Shown here piece by piece: positions 50,320 through 63,752 of a stretch of 64,000 nucleotides of DNA. Made by a program: the position numbers and the translations under genes. How positions within the stretch are numbered: position 1 is the first letter of the stretch; the number at the start of each line of letters is the position of its first letter. This DNA is from the human T2T-CHM13v2.0 reference genome, Homo sapiens. Below the pieces are notes generated by a model, which searched no databases, was not told the DNA's origin, and saw only the letters and a program-made list of their open reading frames with translations. The stretch lies in NCBI RefSeq assembly GCF_009914755.1, contig NC_060940.1. The stretch is one strand, 5' to 3'.

Positions 50320-52038
50320 TAGTAGTATTAACAGTAGTAGTCATTGCCGTTATCGTAATAATAGTAGCAGCAGTCTTGGTTAAAAATGTGATTTGGTGGT
50401 TTGCCAAAGTGGATACATTAATTCATTGATGAAACAAACATTTATTGAGCATCTCCTGTGTGTCAGGCACTGAGCAAAATACTTGGGATACAGAGATAAG
50501 TGGGTAGGGCTCTTGTGGAAGAGCAGCCAGGCAAATGGGAGAGACAAATGAGGGGGCCATGATGGGTATTCAGAGCAGTGAGCGCTGGAAGCAAATTAAA
50601 CAGAGGGTGGTTTGGGAGCACAGAGGAAGAAATCTATCCATGGGCTGTGGTCAGGCAAGGCTGAGCCTTGAAACTGGAGGGCTAGCCAGGTTAACATGGT
50701 GAAGGAAGGGCTCTCCACTTGGAGGAGCTGGCGAGCAGGAAGGCGGGGGGCATAGGCAGCCGAGTCTTGTAGTGTGCAGGGGAGCGTGGCGCTCAGTTCA
50801 CTTGGAGCTGATTATGGTATTGGGCCATTTCCTTACCAGAGCCTTTCCCCACCTACTTCTCAGGTGGCTGGACCAAGAAGGATATGAATTGTTATGTAGA
50901 CACAGCTCCTGGAAAACCCAAAGATCCCGTGTACCCACCCTCCTTTAGAGGCCCCGTATTTATTTGTTTGATGATTGCCACCAGCAGCTTCAGGCATCAG
51001 AGTTGGGTGTGTGTGGCTGTTGAAAACCAGGAAGTCATGATCCACTTTCATTCAGTGCTTCCAGCAGATCTCGTGTCCAACTTAATATTGTGAATTTAAT
51101 AACTGTTGGTTTGTTTGGACTATTTATATGCTTATTTTGCAAAGCAAAACTCAAGCCCTACTAGGAAGAAGAAAATGCTCCGTCTTTGCTTTGGGTTGCT
51201 GCATGGAGCTCTCCTTACGTGGATCAGCCAGTGGTTAAGGAAGGTGGTAAACTGGGGACTTTCTGTTACAGTCTTCCACATGGCCCATTTGCTCAATGCA
51301 TGTCTTTTTTGCTTCCAAAGGAATTTTGACTTTGTGGGGCATGCTATGATGAAGTCTTAGCTTTGCTGGCTGAACCGAGTATATTGCCTTCCTGGCCATC
51401 TCATAGCTGGTGAGGTCGTTCTTCCCATTTGGAAACTGTTTTTTCTTTGTTTCCCTCATGAGAAGTCTGGTTCCAGTGGCCTATGACTGCACCAGCTGGT
51501 TGTCTGGCCCAGAGCTGGAGTCACCTGATGGTCCTTGTCTGAGCTCTGCCACCGATGCAGATGAGGTTGCAGAGAGGTGGCTGTGGGGGCCACCTGTCTG
51601 GCCCTCCAGACTGTCCAGGTGTCAGATGTCACAGAGCCTCTGTGGGTCCAGGTAGAGCTCTTGATATTTCTTGTTCCTTCCCTGAGCTCACCTGGTTGCC
51701 CTTCTTTTTGTCAGGGTTGACTCCTCCACCCACCACCACCACCATCATCAATATGATCATCATCATAGTAGCCACCATTAATTGCCCAGGGTTGGGAGGT
51801 GCAATCATTGATTCCATTATCGCCACCATTAAGTAATGATGATTATGATGACTGCAGCTCACATTTATTGAGTGTTTAGTGTGTTTCAGACATTCTTTTA
51901 ATCCTCCCAATGAGGTAGGTAGAAGTACCACTGCCCTCTTAGAGATGTGGGACCAAGGCACAAAGAAGTCATCACTTGTTGAAGGTAACAAGCCGGGGAG
52001 TGAATGAGCCAGGATCCAGTTTCAGTGTGATTCTACAT

Positions 52039-52220
52039 CAGGGGTTGGCAAACTGTCACCTGCAGGGCCACCGTTTATTTCGTGAATAAGGTGTTATTGT
52101 AACCCATTTGTTTAGGAATGGTCCTTGGCAGCTTGCATGTGGCAGCAGCAGAGGTGAGTAGTTACAAAGGAGACTGCGTGGCTCACAGGCCTGACCCTTT
52201 ACCAAAAGAGCTCACCTGGC
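52039..52220 (-). mobile_element. MER58A-like MITE
   Basis: caggggttggcaaactgt...tttcgtgaataaggtgttatt...gcagcagaggtgagtagttacaaaggagac. Confidence 0.6.
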
Positions 52221-53827
52221 ACCCTGTTCTGGAACCCAAGCTCTCAGCCAGCACGCTGCGCTGGCTCTCAAGGAAAGACAAAATCACCAGGTTTCCACAG
52301 TGTCCCAGGCACTGGGAGACAGTCATGAAGTGGCGTATTCTGGTGAGGAGGCAGACAGTAATGATATACTCACTTTAGTACAAAGAGAGAATTGCTCTGA
52401 AGGAAAAGTGTAGGCTGTCAAGAAAGCAGCAAACACAGGCAGCGAGTGCTTGCATGTCTATGCTGGAGGGCGGGGATCCAGGCAGTTTCGCTGGTGGAAG
52501 TGACATTTGAGCAGATGAGGGTGGAGGGAGGAGCCTTTGGGGGAAGGAAAGGATGTGCAAAAGCCCAGAAGTGAGCAACCATGACCTAGAGGAAAGCGTG
52601 ATTCCCCTTTGCATGTGAGGAAACTGGAAGCTTAAGGAACCCTTGTCACGGGTCACGTGGCAAGCTGAATGGTTGCTCAGAGAATCGAACCAACTTTGTT
52701 TGAATCTAAGCCCCATGTTGTTGCTCCTATTCTAGGTTCCTCTGCTCCTAGGTCCCCACCTCGTTACATACCTCGCCCCAGCTAGCATCTTCCCATAACT
52801 GAACAGGCTGACGGGTGCCCTCGTGACCTTGGAATGTGCCTTGGCCGTAGCACAGGGGCATTGGCGTGGTTTCTGGAGCCAGCCTACTGTACATTCCTGG
52901 TTTTTCCCTTTGCTTCATCTCTCATCACACAGAGGCGCTTCAGCCACATTTCTGGTTCACCTTTGCTGCTAGAATCTTCTTAACAATAACGTATTGAGTT
53001 ATTATTAGATCGTTACATAAATTTCTATCAACGCATTCTGGTAGATTTGCCCTCTAGAGAGCTCCTTCAGGAGAAAAGCTCTTAGAAGAGTGATGTGAGG
53101 GAGTGAGTTCTTTGCATGCCGGTTTCTTCTTGCCCCAGATCATCCGGAGAGAGGGCAGAACCTTGGCACCTGGGTTGTGGGGTGAGGAGGGTGGTGGTCC
53201 CCTTCTGACCTGCACGTGCTGGGGAGAGCTTTTACCAGAAAGGGTTTTCCGTCACAGCTGAAGGATGGCTTTGGAGGTGATCTCAAGACTTGGCCTCACT
53301 GCTGAGGGGTGTGAGGTTTCTTGTGCAGGTGATGCAGTGTTCTACGATAACATTGTCGGGATAGCTGCACAGCTCTGTGAATATGCTGAAAACCACTGAA
53401 TCGTATGCTTGAACTGGGTGAATTGTTTGGTATGTGAATTGTATCTCACAGCTGTTCTTTTAAGAAGGAGAAGCCTGACAAAGCTTCAGGGAGGCTGTCC
53501 GGGAGCCCCAGTTCTAGGGAGGGTGCCCTGTAGGCTCAAAGCGCAAGTGACGCCGCCTGGTTTGTTCATGGCCCCGTGAGGCTGTGACACTGAAACAAGC
53601 CAAAATGTAGCTCTCGTGGGTGGGAGCTGATCACGGGCTTCCTTTTCAGAAATGACCCCAGGAGGCCATGTGGGTCTTGTCAGTGGGCACGGACTTGGCT
53701 GGAGGGCCTGGGCTGGGGATGGTCCTTTGCCGCCTACTGCCTTGGTGAAGTGGCTTTGTCTTCGGGCAAGGCAACATGGACGTACTGTGTGAACAGGAGG
53801 GGATGGCAGACATTTAAAATGCATTCA

Positions 53828-54191
<364 letters not shown>

Positions 54192-54262
54192 ACATTCATT
54201 TATTAAATATTGGTGCTGCAGGAAATGGTAAAGAAGGTGGATAAGAAGCTCAAGTTCTAGAT

Positions 54263-54447
54263 CGGGTTTCTTGCTCTCCGTGCCGACACTTGGGCTGGAT
54301 AATCCTTTGTAGTGGGGGCTGTCCTGTGCACCTCTGACTTCTAGATGCCAGGAGTGCTCCTCCCTTCCCCGTTATGAGAACTAAAGAAGTCTCCAGATGT
54401 TGCCCAGTGTCCCCTGGGGTTGAAATTGCCCCAGTTGAGAAGCCTGG
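54263..54447 (+). mobile_element. MER20 hAT-Charlie MITE
   Basis: tgggctggataatcctttgt...gggctgtcctgtgca...tctccagatgttgcc...ccccagttgagaa. 8-bp TSD ttctagat/ctctagat. Confidence 0.82.
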
Positions 54448-54984
54448 CTCTAGATGGTGGGGGCAGATCCTGTGGCGGAGGAGCCATGGAGAACACATGG
54501 TGTGAGAGTGGCAGCGCATGTGATGGTGTGTGGGTGACAGGGAGCGGGTTCCTTAGTGAATCTCAGTGAACGTGTGTATGTGAGCTGGCGACTGGGGAGG
54601 CCGTGTAGCGTTTGTGGCAGTTGAGAGCACTGGATCCAGACCCATGGAGCAAAGCCAGCTCTGGGTCTCCTCTGTTACGTGGGGGAGACCACTTAGCCCT
54701 GAGGTCATCAGTGGGGGAGGCGTGTGGATGGGTGTGCCTGCCTGCTGGTATGCGTGTATCAGAACAGAGAGGAAAAGCTCAGGCAGAAGGAGGAGGGTAG
54801 ACGGGCTGTTCGTGGGGCTGTGGGGGTGGAGAAGAATGCTCTGACATGGGACGGAGGCTTCTGGGACTTCTCACGGATTGGTTACAGAGGGAGCTGTGGA
54901 GGGCGACAGCCAGGATTCTGGTTTAAGTGGCTGAGTGGGTGGTAGACACGGTCCCAGAGAAGGGGTTCTGTGGGAGAGGAGGCT

Positions 54985-55125
54985 GTGTGAGTGAGTGAGT
55001 GTGTGTGTGTGAGAGGAGTGTGAGTGTGTGTGTGTGAGAGTGAGAGCACGTGTGTGTGTATGGGGTGTGTGACTAAGGAGTATGAGAGTGTGAGTGTATG
55101 AGGAGTGTCTGTGCGCGCGCGCGTG
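54985..55125. repeat. (GT/GA)n-rich low-complexity tract ending in (GC)n
   Basis: Directly visible. Confidence 0.85.
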
Positions 55126-57077
55126 CTGTTTACAGGGCCTCCGAGACATCCCGGAGGCCCTGATGGCTGGAGAGAGAGCCGTAGGATTTACTGACGACCT
55201 GGAGCCCAGGAGAAAAATCCCGGCCAGCGTGTTTAGGGTGTTAGGGGCGCAGCGTGATTTTACATATCTTAGATCACATAGCAGCTTGGAGGAGAGCTTG
55301 GAGGGACCTTTCACTAGGCCCGGTGCTTGTTTGCGGTCTATAATTCCTTCTCTAGCTCCTCATGGACCCTGTGGGACAGCCTCACCCTCCTGCCTGGTTG
55401 ACACGGGCTCTTTGAGAGCTGAGAGGTTCCTACTGACCTGTATTATTCCTGCTGCTAATTGGAGGTTTTAGAAAGCTGCCCACACTATCTTCACGTGATG
55501 ACTAAGAGCGCCAAATGGAACCCAGGTCTGGGGTCTGCCGTTGCATCCCTAAACCTTTCTGAAAAGGCTTACTTTTTTTTTTTGAAGGGAGGGAGGGAGA
55601 AAACACGCACAGTTAGTCCCATCTTTTGGATCATCCTGAGTCAGATAGCAGCAAATGTGTGGTTTTGAAGTCATACCAGAGCATGGGCTTTTTCAGCAGA
55701 AGATTCTCACGTTTTGAGCCTGTGCTTCAGAGGGAGGGCTCTAGGGAGGGCAGGAGGTCTGCTGAGCACCCAGCTCTGGCTGTAGCTGTGTTCCACAGGC
55801 CGTGGGTGGGTTTCTGCCTTTACAGTGGAGAGGCTGGTTCAGGGCTTAGCCCTCTTCTGGGGTAGCGTTGCCCTCCCTGGGGAACCTTGGCAAGTGCCAA
55901 GAGCCACAGGCAGCCCAGATTTCAGGACAGGGAACTGAAGAGTAGATGGATTTCTCCTGACCGAAAGGATAGGGAGGCCTTAGCTTGGGCATTGTACAGT
56001 ATTTGCTTGCGTTCCTGTTTCACTAATGATTGTTATATGTACTCAGCCTCTAATGTCTTGTGGTGTGGTGGTATGGCCCAATTGTTAGATTTGGTAGAAG
56101 ACCTAGTTTTGATCATCAGTTCTGCTGCTTTCTGGCTGTGCACTGTCAGGCAATTCCCTGACCTCTCTGGGCCCCAGTGTCCAGTGAATCCCAAGCCTCA
56201 CAGGACATTGACGAGGATGCGGTGAGAATTCTGAGATTGCCAGCAGACATCCCCGCTGCTGCTTATTAGTGGTGGTGTTCTACGTTACCACTTATTTTTC
56301 TAAATTACACCAAAAGCTTTGAGTCTTTATTCTGGAAGTGTTACTCTCTGTTTTAGCAGTGTTTTTATAGACTTAACAACATGAAGTGTTGCCTAAGAAT
56401 GAAATGCAAATCGGTACCTGGTGGCTCTCATTGTGGCTTTGCTTGTCAGCTGAGAAGTAGGCCACGTATGTTTCTGAAAAGGAAGATGGCAAACTCTTCT
56501 TGGGAATTCAAGATGGGAAGAAAAAGAAGGGAGGAGGAAAGGGGCGAGGCTGGAGGGAAAAGGTGGAGACAGGCCAGAGGGTGGCAAGGTGTCAGTGCAG
56601 GGCTGAGATCTGTCATTTTACTCTTCTGCTGGGTGGTACCTCCAATATCTCTGAGTCCCCCAGGGCCAGGAAGAGAAGAGGATGCTGGATGGAGGAAAAG
56701 CTTGGGTGGGATCCCACCTCTACCATCTGGCAGAGGGGTCATCTTGGTCACCATCCTTCACCTCTCCTTCACCTCACCATCATTCACCTCTCTGGATCTC
56801 AGTGTTCTCATCTATAAAATGGGTTTATAATATTCTCTTCCTTTCAGCAATGTTGAAGGATTAAATGAAATCAGGCAAGGTGCTTAGAATACTGCCTGAC
56901 AGATATTAAGGGCTCAAAGAATTGTCATTGTCATTAACATGATATTATGATAAACGGACTTGACTTTTATAATCCCTCGAGATAGGAAGGACAGATGATC
57001 ATGCCATTCTCGATTTAAGGGACATGGGCACTGAGATTCAAAGAGGTAAAGTAATGGATGTGAAGTGGCACACAGGG

Positions 57078-57751
57078 CAGGGGTCAGTCAGTGTTCTATG
57101 TGAAGATGGGAAATACTTTCAGCTTTGTGGGCCGTATGGTCTTCGTCGCAGCTGCTCAACTCTGCCATTGTAGTGTGAAAGCAGTGTTGAAGTCAGGTGA
57201 AATATGGAGATGAATCTACATTTAAAACGTTTATTTGGGAAGCAAGAATTGGAATTCAGGGTGTACACACAGACCAGGTGGTCTCTGGTAGGTCCAAAGA
57301 ACAAAGAGAGGGTTGGAGGTTTTCTAAACAGGAAAAATGTTCCACATTGCTCTGCAAGGAAGTCAATTGGCGCCGGTAAGTTCTGTGGAACCGACAACCT
57401 CTGATTGGTGAGTGACTGCCGGAGATAAAGCTGGTCTTAGAATTGCAGCCAGTTTCAGTAGCTATTAGATAAAAGTGGGTTCTGGTTCCAACAGGCGGTT
57501 CCAACAGCCAGGCTTGCAGAGAGTTACATTCGTGGAGCAATGTTATATTCCCTGAGTGCTTTTCCCTACTGGCCACTTGACTCTGTTTTAGTTGGGTGTG
57601 ACAAGAATGACCCAGTTTGTGTGATCAGCTTTCACAAGCAGGCACAGATACTGTATGCTCTAATGGCATGCCTGTGTTTCAATAAAACTTTATTTACAAA
57701 AAACAGATGCTGGCTGGGTTTGGCCTGTGGGCTCTAGTTTTTGACCCCCTG
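57078..57751 (+). mobile_element. MER58A-like MITE split by a solo LTR
   Basis: Terminal inverted repeats caggggtc...gaccccctg. The two halves join to a continuous MER58A-like sequence across 57185-57636. Confidence 0.8.
57185..57636 (-). mobile_element. Solo LTR, 452 bp (ERVL-type, LTR47-like)
   Basis: TG...CA ends and perfect 5-bp TSD agcag (57180-57184, 57637-57641). Minus-strand AATAAA (57230-57235) and CCAAT box. Subfamily name is from memory. Confidence 0.8.
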
Positions 57752-58043
57752 ACTTCAGTGCCCAAGTGCTGAGTGAGGTCTTGAATCTGTATCTTTTGGC
57801 TCCAAATTCTAGCTCTCTCTCATTCTGTCATGTAGCTTCCTCTACGTCCCAATCAGGAGAAGCTTATATCTGTTAACCAGGAGCCAAACACCTTCTGCTT
57901 CTGGAGCCAATGCTAATGTTTGGGAGAAGGGAAGGCTTCATTTTCCAACCTCTGTGATGCCTGCAGAGATGTTTCCTTGCTTATAACTTAATGCGATTTG
58001 ATCCCCTTGACTTTTGGATGGGTGCTGCTGCCCCTCTGCTTCT

Positions 58044-58334
58044 TATTTATTTATTTAGAGACAGAGTCTCACTCTGTTGCCCAGGCTGGAGTGCAGTGGT
58101 GCGATCTCAGCTCACTCTGCCTCCCGGCTTCAAGCAATTTTCCTGCCTCAGCCTCCTAAGTAACTGGGATTACAAGTATGCCCCACCATGCTGGGCTAAT
58201 TTTTGTATTTTTAGTAGAGATGGGGTTTCACCATACTGGCCAGGCTGGTTTCGAAATCTTGACCTTAAGTGGTCCCCCCCAACCTTGGCCTCCCAAAGTG
58301 TTGGGATTACAGACATGAGCCACTGCCCCCGGCC
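58044..58334 (-). mobile_element. Alu
   Basis: Antisense dimer. TSD cct(c/g)tgcttcttatt. Confidence 0.9.
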
Positions 58335-58421
58335 CCCTGTGCTTCTTATTAGTGGTTCTGCAGAAGCAAGTCTGAATAACCCAAGGTCATTATTGGGAAC
58401 TGCATGTTCCTGTTAACTCCC

Positions 58422-58435
58422 CCTCTAGAGGGCAG
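58422..58435 (+). promoter_or_regulatory. Candidate CTCF core motif CCTCTAGAGGGCAG
   Basis: Close match to CCASYAGRKGGCRS in non-repeat sequence. Motif only. Confidence 0.3.
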
Positions 58436-59614
58436 ATAGATGCTTCCCTGGTGCACTACTGGTATTACAGAGCAGTGTCTCCTGGGACATGTAGCTAGAG
58501 CGTCTCCCCTGTGCTTCTGAGCTGTAGGAATTATGATGTGGGAAGTTTGGTGCAGTGAAACTCATCAAGAGAGCAGGTGGTGGGTACACAGTTAGCCTAG
58601 TGACCTCTTTGACTGCAGAAACTCAGGGCAAGAAGACAGTGGTCCCATCTTGGCAAGATACATCGTTTGAGATTTTCAGCCTTGACCTCTGCCCAAAGGA
58701 AAGGGCGAGAGAATCTAGCTGTTGCTGCCCATTTGAGCTCTGGGCAGATGGGAGGTAGGGAGATTTATCATGGGATTTTGGCCAACTCTGCAGTGGCATT
58801 AGCTCCTTTGTTGACCCAAGCTGGGCTGGAAGAGGAGTTAACAATGACAGACAAACCAACCTCTTGTGGCGTTCACCAGTTTTCAAGGCAGCATTTGAGC
58901 CAGCACAAAAGAATTCTCAAAGCTTGTTCAAGGGAATAGGTTTATTTTCCACGTGATAATGCTGTTGGTGCTTTATAAATGATGAACAATAAAAAGATTA
59001 GGAGGTTATCAAATGACATGGATGTGGGATCTGTGCCATGTGGCTTGTTTGAAAGTTGCTAAGCTCTCCCCTCCTCTTAGTAATAAACAGCATGTTGAAG
59101 GAGGTTTTATGTTTGGCATTTTTGCTCTTTGGATTTTTAGGGGGAAGAAAGTGGTCCTATAAATGGAAAGTATTATTACTATTAAAAAAAAAAACAACCA
59201 ATTATCTTGTCCCTGAGGTAAGAGGGCTAGTAAACAGCTTAGTGTCCTCTCCTGAGAGGTCTCACAAGCAATGCTAATTATATTTCATTTACTGCTTAGG
59301 TGGCTTCTAAAGGGAGATTGACTTGGGAATAATTATTTGGGGATTATTCTGTTTTTAGGGTTTATGTTCAGGGATTATCTAAATTTTTACTGATCTATTA
59401 CTAGGTTGCATTTTTATAAACTTCCTCTATTATAAATTTGTAGCAGGCAAATTTGGCCCCTGGCCAGAAGTGGGTCACTCTTGGTCATGGAGTGAATTAT
59501 GTCCGCCTACCCCCCGAATATATATGTTAAGCCCTAACTCCCAATGTGATTGTATCTGGAGATAGGGCTTTTAAGGATGTAATTGAAGTGAAATGAGGTC
59601 ATAAGTGGGGGGCT

Positions 59615-59922
59615 GGCCGGGCATGGTGGATCATGCCTTTGGGAGACCATGGCAGGTGGATCACTTGAGGTCAGGAGTTCGAGCCCAGCCTGGCCAAAAA
59701 GATGAAACCCCTTCTCTGCTAAAAATACAAAACAAACAAACAAACAAACAAAAAATTAGCCAGGGATGGTGGTACACACCTGTAATCCCAGCTACTTGAG
59801 AGGTAGAGGCACAAGAATCTCTTGAACCTGGGAGGCAGAGGTTTCAGTGAGCCGAGATGGTGCCCCTGCACTCCGGCCTGGGTGGACACAGCAAGACTCC
59901 GTCTCAAAAAAAAAAAAAAAAA
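59615..59922 (+). mobile_element. Alu
   Basis: Dimer with A tail and an expanded (AAAC)n linker. Confidence 0.9.
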
Positions 59923-59971
59923 GTACGGGGCTGTAATACGATAGGACCGATACCCTTATAAGAAGAGGGGA

Positions 59972-60290
59972 GGTTGGGTGTGGTATAATAGCTCACACCC
60001 ATAATCCCAGCACTTTGGGAGGCTGAGGCAGGAGGATCACTTGAGGATCTCTTGGAGTTTGAGACTAGCTTGGGACACATAGGAAGACCATGTTTCTACA
60101 AAAATAATTAAAAAAAAAATTAGCCATGGACTACCCTTGTAGTCCTAGCTACTTGGAAGGCTGAGGCAGGGAGATTGCTTGAGCCCAGAAGTTGGAGGTT
60201 ACAGTGAGCTATGATTGTGTCATTGCGGTCCAGCCTGGGCAATAGAGCAAGACCTTGTCTAAAACAACAACAACAACAACAAAACAAAGA
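59972..60290 (+). mobile_element. Alu (AluJ-like)
   Basis: Diverged dimer with an (AAC)n tail. Confidence 0.88.
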
Positions 60291-60674
60291 AGAAAAATGA
60301 TATCAGGGGACACACTGGCAGAGAGAAGATCATGTGAGGAGTGGGGGGAAAAGGCAGCCATCTACAAATCAAGGAGAGAGACCTCAGAAGAAACCAACTC
60401 TGCCAACACCTCAGTCTTAGACTTCCAGCCTCCAGAACTGTGAGAAATACATTTCTGTGGTTTCAACTGCCCAGTCTCTGGTATTTTGTTATGGCAGCCC
60501 TGGCAGACTGATAGACATTAGTGATGTCTCTTCTCCCAGCTTTTGACAGGTGCAGGTTCAAATCTTGGTTCTGCTGCTTAGCAGCTTGAGTCTTTAGACA
60601 AGCTGATAACCTTTCCGTGCCCCGGTTTCCATTTATGTGAAATGGGAATAGTGAATGTTCCAGAAACTATGTCT

Positions 60675-61001
60675 AGTCAGTCCTCAGTATCTGTGGGTTT
60701 TACATCCATAGATTCAACCAACTGCAGATTGAAAATATTCAGGAAGAACATACAAAATATCAATACAATAATAGAAAACAACACAAATAAAAATCCAAAA
60801 TAGTATACCAATTATTTATATAGCATTTGCATTATATTAGGTATTATAAGTAATCTAGAGGTGATTTAAAGTCTACCGGGGGATGTGTTTAGGCTATTTA
60901 CAAATACTGTGCCATTTCATATAAGGGACTTGAGCACCCTTGGACTGTGGTATCTGAGGTGGGTCCTGGAGCCAATACCCCATGGATACCAAAGGATGTG
61001 T
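60675..61001. mobile_element. MER2-like Tigger-derived element
   Basis: cctcagtatctgtgggttttacatccatagattcaaccaac...aggtattataagtaatctagag...ataagggacttgagca...atggatacc. Confidence 0.8.
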
Positions 61002-61191
61002 CTGTGTGTTGTTTTAGTGTGAATTGTGAAAGAGATTGGCTACATCTGAGTGTTGCTATCAAATGTTGATTCTCATTTGTTCTCAGTGATTTGAATTTGA
61101 CAACCTGGGGATACACATTTTACTAGGGTTTATGACTGAGGCAGTGTGGTGTGGGGGAAAATTTGCAGGTCCTGGGGTCGGGCTGTTCAGG

Positions 61192-61507
61192 GTTTTTTTT
61201 TGTTTCTGTTTTTTGTTTTCTGTGATGGAGTCTCAATTTGTCATCCAGGCTGGAGTGTAGTGGCTCAATCATAGCTTACTGTAGCTTCCAACTCCTGGGA
61301 TCAAGCAATCCTCCTACCTCAGCCTCCTGAATAGCAGAGACTAGAGGTACACACCACTACACCCGGCTAATCATTTTACTTTTTGTAGAGACATGGTCTC
61401 CTTGTGTTTTCTGGGCTGGTCTTGAACTCCAAGAGATCCTCAAGCGATCCTCCCACCTCAGCCTCCCAAAGTGCTGGGATTATGGGTGTGAGCCACCATG
61501 CCTGGCT
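61192..61507 (-). mobile_element. Alu (AluJ-like)
   Basis: Diverged antisense dimer. Confidence 0.88.
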
Positions 61508-63459
61508 GAGTTCAGGTTTTTCTCTGTTTTACTTCTGTGTCGGTGTGTCTAGCTGCTTTCCTACTCACAGCCTCAGTTTACTTAGCTGTAAAGTAGTAGG
61601 AGGAGAGTGGAATTGGGCTGGATCGTTAGCATTCTTGTATGTGATGCCAGTTATATGATTTTTATGGCTCCATTTTAATTATCGAGATGTGACTAGGTCC
61701 TCATGACCCTCCTGTGGTCTTTGTCCCCACGTGTGTGTGTTTATCTGTGTAGGTCTTAATGAAAGTTACACCTATCATCTTCACAAGCAGACTGTCATAT
61801 TCTCTCACAGCTGCAGTGCTTGTCTCAATGCCTGGTATATAATAGATGCTTAATTATTGTGAATTTTTTAATAGCTGTATTAAGATGGGATTTACATCTC
61901 TTACAATTCACCCACCCACCTATGCAATTCAGTGGTTTTTTATATATTAACAGTATACAATTATTTTTTTCCAGTCTTTTAAAATGAGTGAATGAATTCT
62001 GTATCTGGTGCTTTGTCTGTAACAGTGTTAACTTCAATCAGTCAATATTTGCCAAATGCCTGCTGTGGGCGGGGTGCTGGTCTCAACACTGGGGAGATAG
62101 CAGTCCGACAATCAGATGAAATTCCCCCTGCCCTCACGGAGCTTAGGTTCTTGTTGGGAGAACACTCTGTGCCTAGATATGATAGTTTTTTGGCATCTGT
62201 TTTTTGTCTAGCTTTTCTCCAGCTGTTGTGCAGAGATGGTTAGCTGGCTAGTGATAACCCGTAGTCTACTTTGTCTTAGACCTCGTTGTCCTCACTGTTT
62301 CAGACATTGCTGGTAAATGCTCTATGTCATCTTAGTTTTCATATGATCAATAGTCACTAGACATGGGGGAGGGAGCCAGGGCAGGAAATGCCAGGCTGGA
62401 GGTTACAGATGCTGCAGGCTCAAGGGGACAAGACGCACAGGGACCCTGGCAGGATGAGCATCTCGTGGTTACAGGGACCGGGGCATGGGCTGATGGGTTC
62501 CTCTGGGCTCCCTTGCTTATGTTCCTTCCATTTGCTATGATGTGGGGGTGGTGGTTATGTTGGAAGGGCGCCGGTGCTGGGAGAGGCATGTAAACTGTTA
62601 GCAGCCAGAAGAGGTGGGAGGTTTAAGTCATGCTCATTGGAGTGTGATGCTGGAGACGTATTGCTTTCTGTTCCATGGAATGCAACCCTCAGTCAGGACG
62701 GCACCCAGCTGTCCCCAGATTTCGCAAAACCAGCCTGGCTTTTGTCTTCTGTTGAGTCAGCCCAGGACACAAGGGGCCAGATGTCCTGAATGTTCCGTCA
62801 TGGTCCTGGAAAAAACATGGAACCCCCAACAGTTGGGAAGCTCGCTTGATAGGCCTTCTGACTTTTTGTATAGGAGATCAGAGATGAGTCAAAACAGGAC
62901 CTTCCAGGGTATGGCCCGGGCCCTCTCTGTTATCGTGCATACGCAATGCTCTTAGTGGTGGTCGCCTGTCTTCAGCATCCAAAGTATCAGACAGTGTGTG
63001 TAGTTTTCCGACTTGAGTAGTATTTTCTTTTCTTTGTACAGTTGTGCATGTGTGACTTGGAAGGAGCATATTTGACTAGATGACACATGGGCTTCTCTGG
63101 AGTTCCTGCTCTGATCGTAATAGTGTATTATTTTTCTGAGGCTGTGTCTGTATTGTGCTAGAAAGCAAATGAGTTATTATGGATCATTCCAAGTGTATTA
63201 TCCCATGTATCCCTGAGATGCTTTGTATGTGAATGCTTTGTATATGGGTTAAATATAAAATAGCATAAATAAATAACCCTGTAATACTGAGTTTGAATGG
63301 GAAATTTCAGTGTGAAATGATGAGGTATTTTAAAATTGTGTTTGTGTGTCTGTGTGTGTGTATATATATATTCCTATGTGTAGATATCTATAAGGTTTTA
63401 GAATAACACTACTACAACAATATAATTGCCAAGAACATATAAAAATATTGGCTTGTGAG

Positions 63460-63752
63460 GGCCGGGCACAGTTGCTCACACCTGTACTCTTAGCTTTGGG
63501 AGGCTGAGATGGGAGGATCACTTGAGTTCAGGAGTTCGAGATCAGACTGGGCAACGTGGCGAAGCCCCATCTCTATACAAAATAGAAAAAGTTAGCCAGG
63601 TGTGGGGGTGCACACCTGTAGGCCTAGCTACTCGGGAGGCCGAGGCAAGAGGATCGCCTGAGCCCAGGAGTTGGAGGCTGAATGAGCCATGATGGCGCCA
63701 CTGTACTCCAGCTTTGGTGACAGAGTGAGACCCTGTCTCAAAAACAGACAAA
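63460..63752 (+). mobile_element. Alu (AluJ-like)
   Basis: Diverged dimer. Confidence 0.88.

Larger units (their letters stand above)
59483..60516 (+). mobile_element. MaLR LTR (MLT1B-like) split by two Alus
   Basis: ccctaactcccaatgtgattgtatctggagatagggc...taagaagagg...gaagaaaccaactctgccaacacc...ccagcctccagaactgtgagaaa. Confidence 0.78.

Noticed and set aside
51720-51850. Hydrophobic Ile/Thr-rich, transmembrane-like ORF
   Set aside because: Comes from degenerate (CAC)/(CAT)n simple repeats next to a MIR-like element; no exon signals.
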